Positions 1-9,979 of a stretch of 64,000 nucleotides of DNA are shown here, one piece after another. Position 1 is the first letter of the stretch, and every line of letters begins with the position of its first letter. Below the pieces are notes generated by a model, which was not told where the DNA came from, searched no databases, and saw only the letters and a list, made by a program, of their open reading frames with translations. The translations under genes were made by a program, and so were the position numbers. Source of the stretch: Acetobacterium sp. (GTDB taxonomy: Bacteria > Bacillota > Clostridia > Eubacteriales > Eubacteriaceae); NCBI RefSeq assembly GCF_039830195.1, contig NZ_JBDODG010000007.1, positions 4,638-68,637 of the forward strand, read 5' to 3'.

Positions 1-2
1 TT

Positions 3-236
3 GTGGGGATGTCTTTTGATTCCGGCGGGGTCTCTTCCGGCCCGATGACGGCGACTTTTATTCTTGCTTTTGCCCAGGGTGCAGCCGAATCCATCGAAGG
101 CGCAAATGTGCTGGTCGATGGTTTTGGACTGATTGCCATGGTTGCCCTGATGCCGATTATTGCCCTGCAAATTCTGGGCCTGATCTTTAAAATCAAAACT
201 GTTAAAGGGGGAATCTCCGAAAATGGATACTCATGA
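3..236 (+). CDS. DUF1538-family membrane protein, C-terminal part (runs off window start)
   Basis: SFDSGGVSSGPMTATFILAFAQG...DGFGLIAMVAL motif typical of DUF1538; followed by a PII-like gene as usual for this family. Confidence 0.8.
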   Translation: MGMSFDSGGVSSGPMTATFILAFAQGAAESIEGANVLVDGFGLIAMVALMPIIALQILGLIFKIKTVKGGISENGYS

Positions 237-909
237 AAATGTAACAGAAAAAAAGAGCTATGAAATATTAGCTGTCATTGTCAATTTCGGTGTTGGTTCC
301 AAAATTCTGCAGCTGGGAAAAAAATGCGGAATTTCCGGTGGTACCATCTTTTTAGGAAAGGGCACCCAGCATTGCCTGATCAATGATTTTCTGGACATTT
401 GTGATGAACGGGTCGAAGTGGTTCTGATGATTGCCCAGACCGGAAAAATAGAATCAGCTGCCGAGGAAATCAGCCGTAAATTCAAATTTGCCAAGGCCCA
501 TCATGGGATTGCCTTTACGGCTACGTTAAATAATTTTTTAGGGGTTCGGAATTGTGCCTATGATAAAACTCATGAAGAAAAAGGAGTCAATAAAACAATG
601 TATGAGGCGATATTTGTGATTGTCGATCGCGGCAATGCGGAAACGGTTGTCGGTGCAGCTGAAGCCGCCGGTGCCAATGGCGGAACCATTATTAATGCCC
701 GGGGCTCGGGTGTTCATGAATACGCAAAACTCTTTGCCATGGATATTGAGCCGGAAAAAGAAGTGGTGATGATGATCCTGGAAAGCGCTAAAACCGAAGC
801 AGTTGTCAATGCCATCCAGGATGCTACCGAAATGGACAAGCCGGGAAATGGCATAATCTTCACCATCGGCGTGAATAGAACCTATGGATTGTATCAACAC
901 AACCATTGA
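223..909 (+). CDS. Tandem (two-domain) PII-like regulator
   Basis: Two PII-like repeats (EILAVIVNFGVG...GGTIFLGKGT and EAIFVIVDRGNA...GGTIINARGSG...EKEVV...GNGIIF); overlaps the upstream stop. Confidence 0.85.
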   Translation: MDTHENVTEKKSYEILAVIVNFGVGSKILQLGKKCGISGGTIFLGKGTQHCLINDFLDICDERVEVVLMIAQTGKIESAAEEISRKFKFAKAHHGIAFTATLNNFLGVRNCAYDKTHEEKGVNKTMYEAIFVIVDRGNAETVVGAAEAAGANGGTIINARGSGVHEYAKLFAMDIEPEKEVVMMILESAKTEAVVNAIQDATEMDKPGNGIIFTIGVNRTYGLYQHNH

Positions 910-964
910 TATGAACCGCATCTGATCCTGATTAACGATTTTTTTACTGTTTTTTCTAGACTGC

Positions 965-1007
965 AAGCCAGCCCGATGTGTTTTCGGCAAACACACCGGG
1001 CTGGCTT
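965..1007. terminator. Hairpin between convergent genes, probable intrinsic terminator
   Basis: AAGCCAGCCCG...CGGGCTGGCTT inverted repeat followed by ATTTT. Confidence 0.7.
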
Positions 1008-1039
1008 ATTTTGACGTCTTTAATCGTCTGTAAAAAAGG

Positions 1040-2113
1040 TTATGCTAACAATTTCTCGACCTGATCGTTTACCTCAAACAAGGTACACCCGCCATGGTTT
1101 CCGGCCTTTACGGCAATTTCCCGGAGATCAGCAAAATATTGGGAGCGGAGCACGGCTTCCACCGAATCACTGGTCAGGTTCTGTTTGGCATGGGGTGAAA
1201 AGGGACAGGGTTCGGCATCACCATAGGGATTGATATGAAAAAATCCCCGCCCGGAAGCCAGACAGCCGCCCATTTCCTCCTCGTCGCCGGGGAAGGACAA
1301 GATCACCATGCGCCGAAAGGATTTTCGCAGTTTAAGACAAATCGCCTGAAGTTGCTTGATTTCGCTTTGCGTAATGACCAGATAGTCGGTTCCTGGTTCC
1401 GCCGGAACATATTCCACATACAGGTTCACGCCACAACCTTTATCCTCCAGTGCTTCAAGAAAGTCATTTCTGGTCACCAGCGCCATGTTTTCCCTGGTAA
1501 CGGTAATGGCTGCCCCGAACAGGATTTTGCGCTTTTTTAAAGCGGCCATGGCGGCTTCAATCTGCACATGGGTACCCGCCCCGCGGCGGGCATCAGTTTC
1601 TTTTGCATTGCCTTCTATGCTGAGAATGGGGATCAGATTGCGATGGTTGTCGAGAAATTCAATGGTCTCCTGATCCAGCATTGTGCCATTGGTAAAAATT
1701 GGAAAGATCACATTTGGGTATGCCCCGGCCAGCTCCAGAATATCCCGGCGTAAAAAGGGCTCACCGCCGGCCAGCAGCATAAAGGCAACACCAAGTCTTG
1801 CCGCCTGATCGAAAACATTCCCCCATTGACCGGCATCCATATCCGTTTTGCCGCTGGTAGGGCCACAGCCGCCACCAGCCCGGGCATAACATCCGGCACA
1901 GTGGAGATTACATTGGGAGGCGATACTGGCAATCAGAAATGGCGGTACGTGCAGGCCTTCTTTTTCCTGCTGCTTTCGGCGGGCACTGCTTTTGGCCAGC
2001 TCCGGCAGTACACCCATCAAAAAGGCCCGGCCTTTGCTATTGTTGAGATAGAATCGGCCGGCGGTTGTCATAATTTGGGCAATGCCCTGATCCATCATTT
2101 TATTTAAATTCAT
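1040..2113 (-). CDS. Radical SAM protein with C-terminal SPASM/twitch-like region
   Basis: CNLHCAGC (CxxxCxxC), GGEP, FTNG motifs; C-terminal GCLASGRGFFHINPYGDAEPCPF. Confidence 0.9.
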   Translation of the reverse strand: MNLNKMMDQGIAQIMTTAGRFYLNNSKGRAFLMGVLPELAKSSARRKQQEKEGLHVPPFLIASIASQCNLHCAGCYARAGGGCGPTSGKTDMDAGQWGNVFDQAARLGVAFMLLAGGEPFLRRDILELAGAYPNVIFPIFTNGTMLDQETIEFLDNHRNLIPILSIEGNAKETDARRGAGTHVQIEAAMAALKKRKILFGAAITVTRENMALVTRNDFLEALEDKGCGVNLYVEYVPAEPGTDYLVITQSEIKQLQAICLKLRKSFRRMVILSFPGDEEEMGGCLASGRGFFHINPYGDAEPCPFSPHAKQNLTSDSVEAVLRSQYFADLREIAVKAGNHGGCTLFEVNDQVEKLLA

Positions 2114-2751
2114 CAGCTTTCCTCATTTCTTATTTGATAAATTGACGCAAACTGTTCGATATGCGCCATCAGCAGGGCCATCGCTTCATCTTCTTTTTCC
2201 GGCAGCTTGTCATATTGACATAAAAGGGTGTAGAAGGGACCGTAAAACTGCAAAGCGATGATCTGCGGCGGGCCTGCTCTGAAGCTTCCCTGCCTGATCA
2301 TCTCACTAAATAAGTCGGTCTGAAATAAAATCGCGTCGTTAAAAAACCAGTTGTACAAGGTCTTGGCGGCATCATCACTTTTATACTGTTCGATGGTCAA
2401 CATCCGGCGGAACTTCGATGCCTGCGGATCTTTCAGGAAAAACAGAAAAACGGCCTCGCAGGCTTTCTTAAGCCAGATCAGATCATGACGGCCATATTCC
2501 CGGGCGACACTTTCCATCTCGCCCTGGGGCAACCGGTAAAACGTCACGGTTTCTTCAAACTTCTGATTCATCCACGTAAGCAAGGTATCATAAATGGCCT
2601 GCTTACTGTCAAAATGTTTATAAAGTGAGCTGTCCTTGATGCCCACCGCCTGGGCAATTTCTTTAACGGTCACACTCTGATAACCTTTTACCGAAAACAG
2701 ATTCAATGCTTCCTCTAATATTATTTCCCTGGTATTGCGTTTTGTCATCAT
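2113..2751 (-). CDS. TetR/AcrR-family regulator
   Basis: N-terminal HTH ILEEALNLFSVKGYQSVTVKEIAQAVGIKDSSLYKHF; translationally coupled to the radical SAM gene. Confidence 0.92.
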   Translation of the reverse strand: MMTKRNTREIILEEALNLFSVKGYQSVTVKEIAQAVGIKDSSLYKHFDSKQAIYDTLLTWMNQKFEETVTFYRLPQGEMESVAREYGRHDLIWLKKACEAVFLFFLKDPQASKFRRMLTIEQYKSDDAAKTLYNWFFNDAILFQTDLFSEMIRQGSFRAGPPQIIALQFYGPFYTLLCQYDKLPEKEDEAMALLMAHIEQFASIYQIRNEES

Positions 2752-2781
2752 TTCTCCTTAAATTTCTGCAAAAAACTAAAA

Positions 2782-2829
2782 GCTAGCGTTCGTTAGCCTT
2801 ATTGTAGCTAATGAACGCTAGCCTGTCAA
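2782..2829 (-). promoter_or_regulatory. SigA promoter with two overlapping TetR-type operators
   Basis: TTGACA (2829-2824), 17 bp, TACAAT (2806-2801); GCTAGCGTTCGTTAGC (2782-2797) and GCTAATGAACGCTAGC (2807-2822) are near-perfect inverted copies. Confidence 0.8.
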
Positions 2830-2899
2830 GTTATGTTTTGCGAATTTTTTAGATCCGGATATTGCTATCAACTAATCCTGCCAGCACGCCACTTCAAAA

Positions 2900-4267
2900 T
2901 CACTCGGTTCTATTGATGATGTGCTTAAACTTTCCGCTTTGCGGATGCTGTATCGGCGTCAAATCAGAAAAAGAGATATCGGCAGTTGTCACCCCATGGC
3001 TGGCCAGAAAAGCCGATAAGTTCTTCTGTGCTGCTTCAAATAAGCGCCGTAGATCGTACCCGCTCCCGGGGGTGATTCTCAATTCAAGCTGATTCTCTCC
3101 ATGGGCAATCAGCTGAAACCGGATGATCCCATGGATTTCTTTCAGCGTTGCGTAAATCGCCAGAGGCGGAATTTTGATGATCTTTCCATCTTCATAAAAG
3201 ATCAGGATATCATCGGTACGTCCCTCAAGAGTCAGCCAGGGTGACGGATTGTTGCAGGGGCAAGGTTCATGATGCATCACCACCCGGTCAGTAACCTCGT
3301 AGCGAATGAATGGCTGGGTATAATTGTAAAGGTTAGTAATCAGGATCTTATCCGACTGCACCCCATCCGGTACCGGCTGATTCTGATGGTCAACCGGCTC
3401 TACAATGATCCAATCATCATTGATATGAAAGTGCTGTTCCGGACATTCACAGGCAATAGTGCCGCCTTCGGTACAGGAATATGAGGTTTGAACCGGGCAT
3501 CCAAATGCCGCTTCCAAGGCCTCTCTAAGCTGATCACTCAGGTATTCACCGCCTGTCATAATGATTACCGGAGCGATCTGTAGCCGCCCGTTTTTCTGTT
3601 CATCAATGAGCAGTTCAAGGATGGTCGGATAGCCACCCAGCATCGTCGGTTTAAAAGCATTCAGGTCATCGACGATCCGGGCGATTGGATAAAGGGCACT
3701 GGTCACGCCGAACTGTCTTTTTTTCCAGGGCATCGCCAATAAGCGGGCCCGGACCGAACTATTTCCCAAATAAAAACCACCGGTTGCAAAAACCCCCATG
3801 GTTTTTCCGCCCCCTTTTAGAAAGGCCATAAAATCTGCTTTTCTGGCAAAGCTTCGCATCATATTGATTGCAGCCATAACATTATTGGTGGATTGGTCGC
3901 ATAGTGCTACCAGGGGGTTGCCGGTGGAACCGCTGGTAGTAAACACCAGATATTTCCCCTTGATTTTTCGCCCGATATTGTCCAAATCCGTCATAAAAGT
4001 TTCCACTTCTTTCAAGGTGATATCTTTTGCGGTTATCCATTCATCAAAATGCGCCATCAGATCGACCTTGTTCGTTGCTGGCAAATCATTCAGATTAAAA
4101 TTCTCGCCTATGTTTTGATAGTGCTCGCGATAGTACGGGCTGTTCTGCTTGGCATATGCCACCAGCCGGTTAAGCCGCTCTGCTCTGATTTCGGTTTTTT
4201 CTGAATCGCTTATTTTTTTATCGCGATAACAAAGCCAGATCGCCTTCATTAAGCTGATTGGTTTCAT
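2900..4267 (-). CDS. Phenylacetate-CoA ligase / F390-synthetase-like adenylate-forming enzyme
   Basis: TTSGSTGNP loop, YSCTEG, LITNLYNYTQPFIRYEVTD, GRTDD motifs. Confidence 0.85.
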   Translation of the reverse strand: MKPISLMKAIWLCYRDKKISDSEKTEIRAERLNRLVAYAKQNSPYYREHYQNIGENFNLNDLPATNKVDLMAHFDEWITAKDITLKEVETFMTDLDNIGRKIKGKYLVFTTSGSTGNPLVALCDQSTNNVMAAINMMRSFARKADFMAFLKGGGKTMGVFATGGFYLGNSSVRARLLAMPWKKRQFGVTSALYPIARIVDDLNAFKPTMLGGYPTILELLIDEQKNGRLQIAPVIIMTGGEYLSDQLREALEAAFGCPVQTSYSCTEGGTIACECPEQHFHINDDWIIVEPVDHQNQPVPDGVQSDKILITNLYNYTQPFIRYEVTDRVVMHHEPCPCNNPSPWLTLEGRTDDILIFYEDGKIIKIPPLAIYATLKEIHGIIRFQLIAHGENQLELRITPGSGYDLRRLFEAAQKNLSAFLASHGVTTADISFSDLTPIQHPQSGKFKHIINRTE

Positions 4268-4908
4268 GATGATACTCCTTCCTTGACAACCCCATTTAAC
4301 ATGAAATCAAGATACTCTTTTATTTCTGTTTTAATCTCTGCGGAACGCTCAAAAAATAATTCCGGGGTCTCTTTATACCGTTCCAGATATTTGTTTAGAA
4401 TCACCCCCAGATATATCGTTATGGCGTCTTTTAGTTTTTCTGTGTTGACATCTTTGAGTTCAAGGGCCGCGATGGCTTTTTCGATAATCTGCTGGGATTT
4501 TTCACGGGTGCTGACCATATACCGCACGATCAGCTCATTCTTTTCGTTAAGCACCTTGGTGCTCATTTCCCGGGCGGCCATATTGACCAGGCGCATTTCG
4601 CTGGGATATTTTTCGCATAATTTAAATTTTTCATCAGCATAGGAAAAGATAATTCCATAAAAATCGGTCTGATCCGGCTGGGGAACATCTATGAGCAGTT
4701 GTTTTAAGGCCAGCTCCAGACAATAAAGATAGAAATTTTTCTTATTGCCAAAATAGTGAAACAGGAGCCCTTTAGAGATCCCACAGTTTTTAGTAATCTC
4801 ATCGGTGCTGGCATCCATATAGGATTTTTTCGAGAATTCCGCCATTCCAGTCTGGATGATGGCCGCTTGTTTTTCGTCCGATATTTTTTCAAAAGAATCA
4901 ATTGACAT
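4264..4908 (-). CDS. TetR/AcrR-family regulator (start moved to MSIDSF)
   Basis: HTH IIQTGMAEFSKKSYMDASTDEITKNCGISKGLLFHYF; RBS AAGGAGG before ATG 4908. Confidence 0.9.
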   Translation of the reverse strand: MSIDSFEKISDEKQAAIIQTGMAEFSKKSYMDASTDEITKNCGISKGLLFHYFGNKKNFYLYCLELALKQLLIDVPQPDQTDFYGIIFSYADEKFKLCEKYPSEMRLVNMAAREMSTKVLNEKNELIVRYMVSTREKSQQIIEKAIAALELKDVNTEKLKDAITIYLGVILNKYLERYKETPELFFERSAEIKTEIKEYLDFMLNGVVKEGVSS

Positions 4909-4919
4909 AAAACCCTCCT

Positions 4920-4975
4920 TTGACTCGTCAGTCAATGCATGAGCTAAGCATACACCCTATTGACTGGCAAGTCAA
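4920..4975 (-). promoter_or_regulatory. Promoter with two TTGACT-N4-AGTCAA operators
   Basis: Identical-arm palindromes at 4920-4935 and 4960-4975; -35 TTGACT, 17 bp, -10 TATGCT. Confidence 0.8.
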
Positions 4976-5011
4976 CAGGGCGTCCCTATTATTTCCAATA
5001 TTCAGGCTATG

Positions 5012-5758
5012 TTAAACACGCTTCAGCCAGTCATCCAGCTCCTGCTCCCGATTTGCCCCAGCCGGTAGTTCTTTTCCGCCGGCGATCTCACCGTCGCGGA
5101 GATAGATGACTTTTTTAGCCCGGACGGCCACCCGGGAATCATGGGTAACCGTCACGATCGTCATTCCTTCGTCATTTAACGCTGCCAGGATATTCAGGAC
5201 CTGATCGGTGGCTTCAGAATTCAGGGCGCCGGTGGGTTCGTCCAGAAACAGCACCTCCGGTTTATTGATCAGCGCCCGACAAATCGACGCCCGTTGCAGC
5301 TGTCCCCCGGAAACTTCCCGGATATCCCGGCCGCCAAGCTCCTCAATATCCATCCGCTTCATCAAATCCCGGGCCCGGTTTCTGATGACTTGTGGTTTTT
5401 CTTTTTTCGCCACCATTCCCGGGAGAATCAAGTTGTCGAAAAGCGACAGGTTTTTTAACATCTGGGCCTGCTGAAACACAAAGCCCATTTTGTGAAGCCG
5501 CAACCCGGCCTGGCTTTCCTCATTCATTTCGGTCAGGTTGATCCCAGCAAAGACGACCCGTCCCGCGGTTACCTGATCCATGCCACTGACACTGTAAAGC
5601 AGGGTGGATTTTCCTGACCCCGAAGGCCCCATCACAGCGACGAAATCGCCCCTACCGATCGCAAAAGAGATCCCTTTTAGAATGCTTGTTTCGATTGCCC
5701 TATTGCCAGCCGGGGATTTCTCCCTAACGGATTTACTGATCTGTTCTACTTTTATCAT
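5012..5758 (-). CDS. ABC transporter ATP-binding protein (LolD/SalX type)
   Basis: Walker A GPSGSGKS, VSGGQLQR signature, LFLDEPT, H-loop VTHD. Confidence 0.95.
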   Translation of the reverse strand: MIKVEQISKSVREKSPAGNRAIETSILKGISFAIGRGDFVAVMGPSGSGKSTLLYSVSGMDQVTAGRVVFAGINLTEMNEESQAGLRLHKMGFVFQQAQMLKNLSLFDNLILPGMVAKKEKPQVIRNRARDLMKRMDIEELGGRDIREVSGGQLQRASICRALINKPEVLFLDEPTGALNSEATDQVLNILAALNDEGMTIVTVTHDSRVAVRAKKVIYLRDGEIAGGKELPAGANREQELDDWLKRV

Positions 5759-5768
5759 GACTGTCTCC

Positions 5769-8099
5769 CTATTCCATTATTTGTTCTTTAATATGATAAT
5801 GCTTGACTGCCCGGGTGCCGCCAATAGCGGTGATGGTGACCACCAGCAGCTGAATGGCGGGACAAATCAGATAGGCTTTCAACGGCTGGATTAATAAGGT
5901 CATTCGCGTTGCCCCCATCGATGACAGCATCAGGCTGAAGATCCCTTCCCCCAGGGTATTGGCCAGCACCGTGCCGATCAGAATCCCAAGACCCTGAATC
6001 ACCAGCAGCCGAATCCCCAACTGGATCCGGATATCCCGGTTGGTCAAGCCAAGCGCTTTTTTGACGGCAATATCGCGGTGCTCCCGGGCCATTACCAGTT
6101 GTAAAAACATCACCGTGACCAGTGCGCTTAACAGTAACGCGATCACCATCGCCGCCGCTTCCACCCGGCTCAGGTTATCAACAATTCCCCCCAGGGTCTG
6201 AGCTATAAAACTGGGTACCGGGGTGACCTTGATTTCCGGCAGCGCCCCCCGCAGTTCGTCAGTTTTGGCCTCAAAGTCAACGCCATCCGCCAAACTCAGA
6301 TACAGAATATAAACCTCTACATCCTCATTGTTAAAATTAATGGCGGCCTTGGCCGTTTTTCCGCCGTAGGTAATATCCTGATAAATTCCGGCGACGGTAA
6401 GCTCCATGGTTTCACCGTCATAGACCACCGCGAGTTTATCGCCAACTTTTTTGCCCAGCTCCCCAGCATTCATTGACGACAAAGCGATTTCGTTTTTGCC
6501 AACCGGCGCCTGTCCGGCCAGATAGACAAGCGGAAAAATCGCTTCATCACCGCTTTCCACCCGGATCTTTGTCTCTTCACCCTGGCTGTTTTCAGCCTGA
6601 ACATAGCCATTTTTATAAATGGCATATTTATCAATATCCGAATCATTTTCCAGTACTGCCAAAACCCGCTCCTGTTGCTGGGTAAGCTGCGGTGAATACT
6701 GAATATCGATCCGGATATCTGCTTCACCCACTCCCATATAGGTAATAAAAGACGGATCCTGAATGGTCTGTTTCATATTCATCGGCAACAGCAGCAAAAA
6801 TGCCGAGAAAATAAAAACCAGTAAGATTACCCGATATTCCCGCCATTTGCAGACCAGTTCCCCCAGGGCGATGGTTAGATTGGAATATTTGAAGCCCGAC
6901 GATGGCAGCGTATAGTGGCCCTCCCGGCGCCGGCCGCCGGAACCCCGAAGCAGTTCTACTACGGTACTGTGGAGATTTTTTTTGACTACCCGATGGCACC
7001 CCCAAGCCACCATCCCGCTTAAGAGCAGCAGGCCGAGAAACGGCAGCCCCCATTTCAGCCCCGGATTGCTTCCCGTTCCACAATAACGGACCACCGCAGC
7101 CGCAAAGAAATTCCCGAAGGGGATAGCACCCAGATAACCGAAGATCCCAGCGACCCCCATCAAGATCAGATACTTCATCTGGTACAGGGTCGCAATGGCT
7201 TTACCCGGAAAACCGATGGCCTTCATCTCGCCAATGGCTACCTGCTCATCAGCCATGGTGGCCCGGATAATAAACGACAGACAGAGCATTGCCATAAAAA
7301 TCAACAGCAGGCTGATAACGATGATGATCATCGCCACCAGGCCATAAGAAAAGACATTGAATAAATTCAGTAGATCAGCCGTGATGTCCACCCCATTGGC
7401 GGGCAGCTTAGCAGCCGCGTAGGCTTGCGAAATAACCCCGCTATCGACCCCTTCTTTTAATAGAAATTCAAAGCTGTACTCCCATTCTCCCAACTGCTGA
7501 CTGAGCGCTTCCTGATCAGCCGGGCTGATCAGGAAGCGTTTGGAAGAGGTCATCGCTACATTCATCTGGGCATCCCGGATAATCGTGGCGACCTTAAATT
7601 CTTTCATATAATTATCTTTTTTCAGGGTGATCACATCTCCGGTTGCAACCCCCAGGGTTTCGGCATAATAAACCGGCACCCCAATCTCCCCGTCCTTAAC
7701 CGTGGCGATCTGGTTATCCATATCCAGCAGATAATCAAAGCCCTGATTCTGAACTACAAAGCTGTTATCCATCAGCACCTTTTCCAGGGTTTCGCCCTGA
7801 TAGACGATGTTGGCATTATGAATCGTCAGCATCCTGACGGTCAGAAAATCGGCAATGCCGTCCTGGCTTGCCACAAAACCTTCCAGGGCGGCGGCTTGAT
7901 ACTCGCCCTTATGCATCTGCAGATAATCCGGCGGCAGTGCCTTGTGGTTAAGCTCGTCATAGGCGGAGATCATCGTGCCCGCCACCCGCAGTCCGCCGGC
8001 CATCAGCAGTGCCGCCATGATCAGAAAAACGGTCAGTGCCGTGGTAATAGCCGGATTTCGCTTAAAGTCCTTGCGGACAAGATTCAGTAAAAGTTTCAT
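5769..8099 (-). CDS. FtsX-like ABC permease (duplicated architecture)
   Basis: Two sets of TM segments with large loops; IGEMKAIGF and IAVKKALGL motifs; RBS GGAGG before ATG 8099. Confidence 0.9.
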   Translation of the reverse strand: MKLLLNLVRKDFKRNPAITTALTVFLIMAALLMAGGLRVAGTMISAYDELNHKALPPDYLQMHKGEYQAAALEGFVASQDGIADFLTVRMLTIHNANIVYQGETLEKVLMDNSFVVQNQGFDYLLDMDNQIATVKDGEIGVPVYYAETLGVATGDVITLKKDNYMKEFKVATIIRDAQMNVAMTSSKRFLISPADQEALSQQLGEWEYSFEFLLKEGVDSGVISQAYAAAKLPANGVDITADLLNLFNVFSYGLVAMIIIVISLLLIFMAMLCLSFIIRATMADEQVAIGEMKAIGFPGKAIATLYQMKYLILMGVAGIFGYLGAIPFGNFFAAAVVRYCGTGSNPGLKWGLPFLGLLLLSGMVAWGCHRVVKKNLHSTVVELLRGSGGRRREGHYTLPSSGFKYSNLTIALGELVCKWREYRVILLVFIFSAFLLLLPMNMKQTIQDPSFITYMGVGEADIRIDIQYSPQLTQQQERVLAVLENDSDIDKYAIYKNGYVQAENSQGEETKIRVESGDEAIFPLVYLAGQAPVGKNEIALSSMNAGELGKKVGDKLAVVYDGETMELTVAGIYQDITYGGKTAKAAINFNNEDVEVYILYLSLADGVDFEAKTDELRGALPEIKVTPVPSFIAQTLGGIVDNLSRVEAAAMVIALLLSALVTVMFLQLVMAREHRDIAVKKALGLTNRDIRIQLGIRLLVIQGLGILIGTVLANTLGEGIFSLMLSSMGATRMTLLIQPLKAYLICPAIQLLVVTITAIGGTRAVKHYHIKEQIME

Positions 8100-9219
8100 T
8101 AGTAACCTCCTTCTCTTCCAGGGTTCTGACACTTTTTAAGCGGGCTGCCACCAGCCCGGCCACGGCCAGACTGATTCCGGTAATGATGATCAGCAGAGCA
8201 TTGCCGCGGCCAACCCCAGCACCGATTACTGTGCCAATGCATGTCGCCAACGCGGTATTACCTTGCATCAAGGGTTCAAAGACCAGATCTGCTAAAATGC
8301 CGGCCGCGATAAAGGCCAGGATATAACCCATCTGAGTAATCAAACTGATCAGACCAAAGGCCCGACCCTGAACGCGATTATCCAGATTGGCGCGAATCAG
8401 CACCTCGGCCCCAATCTGAATGGCCGGCATAAAGACAAACATCAAAAATCCAAAGCCAGCGATCAAAACCAGATTTTCACTGACCCCAATCAGAGCCATA
8501 AAAACTCCACAGCCAACCAACCCAAGCGACAACATCCGCAGATAGGATTTTGGCTGCTTGACCATACTGATGACGATGCTTCCGGCCATCATCCCCAGGG
8601 CAATAACAGTTGTCAGAATGCCTAGCTCCCGTTCCCCGGCAATGGCCAGAACCAGGGGCTTACTTAACATCTGCACAAACCCCAGACAGAAGGTGGCGAT
8701 CGTCATCGTCATGATCATCGTCATGATCCCCTTTTTGCCCCGGATGGCGCTGATGCCTTCACTGATTTCACGGCAAAAAACCGAACTGGTCGCTGCGTTT
8801 TTTTTGCTGACCAACCCTTTTCTGACAAATGCGATGATCAGAACCGTAGTGAAAAAAGTCACCATATCCAGCATGATCAGGGTGCCGACTGTTGTCACTT
8901 GTAGCATCAGACCGGCTATGGCTGGGGAAATCAGCAGTTTGGCACTTCCCGCCAGCTGAACCATACCGCCGGCCCGGGCAAAGTCTTCGGCCAAAACCCC
9001 TCCCACCGGGGCCAGCATGATCGCGGGCAGAAAGGCGCAGATGGCAAAAATGCCGGTGGCGCCGACCGAACCGGTTAGCTTTAAAATATAGATCGCCAAG
9101 CCAAAATCCGTCAGGCCGCTACCAATGCTGGAGATAAAGGCGCCAACCACCAGGACCATAAATTTTTTCATGGCAGTATTCTGTTTTGCGATACCCTTAA
9201 TTGTCTGTTGTTGTTTCAT
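8062..9219 (-). CDS. MFS transporter with apparent in-frame internal deletion (possibly non-functional)
   Basis: SSIGSG TM1 and QGRAFG motifs present; motif A is cut (GGVLA|EDFARAGG) and the TM3-TM4 region is missing. Confidence 0.75.
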   Translation of the reverse strand: MKQQQTIKGIAKQNTAMKKFMVLVVGAFISSIGSGLTDFGLAIYILKLTGSVGATGIFAICAFLPAIMLAPVGGVLAEDFARAGGMVQLAGSAKLLISPAIAGLMLQVTTVGTLIMLDMVTFFTTVLIIAFVRKGLVSKKNAATSSVFCREISEGISAIRGKKGIMTMIMTMTIATFCLGFVQMLSKPLVLAIAGERELGILTTVIALGMMAGSIVISMVKQPKSYLRMLSLGLVGCGVFMALIGVSENLVLIAGFGFLMFVFMPAIQIGAEVLIRANLDNRVQGRAFGLISLITQMGYILAFIAAGILADLVFEPLMQGNTALATCIGTVIGAGVGRGNALLIIITGISLAVAGLVAARLKSVRTLEEKEVTNETFTESCPQGL

Positions 9220-9281
9220 TGGGGTTCCTCCAATTTTTTTATTTTTTTCTTCAATCGGGCATTTCTCATCAACCCCGCTCA

Positions 9282-9296
9282 TCGACCGTTGGTCGG
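9282..9296. promoter_or_regulatory. CGACC-N3-GGTCG operator upstream of MFS-ABC operon
   Basis: TCGACCGTTGGTCGG; the same palindrome recurs at 9980-9994 upstream of the TetR gene. Confidence 0.7.
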
Positions 9297-9337
9297 TAAG
9301 CGGGTAAAAAAATTTTACAAATGCCGCCCCGTGTTAG

Positions 9338-9961
9338 TCAGGCAAACATTTGTAAAAAGTCCTCCAGTGCTCCTGCTTTAGTCCCCAGCATTCTTTCCAT
9401 ATTGGCCAGAAAGCCCTGGATCTTGACCGGATAGTCGGCCATTTCCCAGTCCATGATATTGCCGTCAAACAACATATGGCCCAGCAGCAAAATCGACTCA
9501 ATCGTTTCCCGGGGATAATCCAGATGAAAAAGATCGGTTGCTACGCCTTCGGCTACCGCTACTTCCAGCAGCGGGGTCATCCGCTTGAGCATGGTTTTAG
9601 TGTATAGCTGTTCCAGTTTGGCATTATCGACCTTGTGCATTTCGTCTCTGATCTCCTCTGCTCCTTCAAACTCCGGGGATTGGGCCATAATCGCCATCAT
9701 GATCCGGTTAATCAATGGTACTGATTTGTCCTTCAGAATCTGCTCGGCCCGTTTGGCGCCTTCCTCAACAATATCCAGAATGATGGCGGCCAGCACCTCT
9801 TCCTTGGAAGCAAAATAATAATAAAAGGTCCCTTTAGCAATGTCCACAATTTTTAAAATATCATTCACTGAGGTCTGTTCATAACCCTTGGTGACAAAGA
9901 GTTCCCGGGCTACCATCAGGATTTCCTGTCGGCGAACCTCGCCTTCTTTGACTGTCTTCAT
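9338..9961 (-). CDS. TetR/AcrR-family regulator (start moved to MKTVKE)
   Basis: HTH ILMVARELFVTKGYEQTSVNDILKIVDIAKGTFYYYF; RBS GGAGG before ATG 9961. Confidence 0.92.
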   Translation of the reverse strand: MKTVKEGEVRRQEILMVARELFVTKGYEQTSVNDILKIVDIAKGTFYYYFASKEEVLAAIILDIVEEGAKRAEQILKDKSVPLINRIMMAIMAQSPEFEGAEEIRDEMHKVDNAKLEQLYTKTMLKRMTPLLEVAVAEGVATDLFHLDYPRETIESILLLGHMLFDGNIMDWEMADYPVKIQGFLANMERMLGTKAGALEDFLQMFA

Positions 9962-9979
9962 TGAGCACCTCCCGATCTC

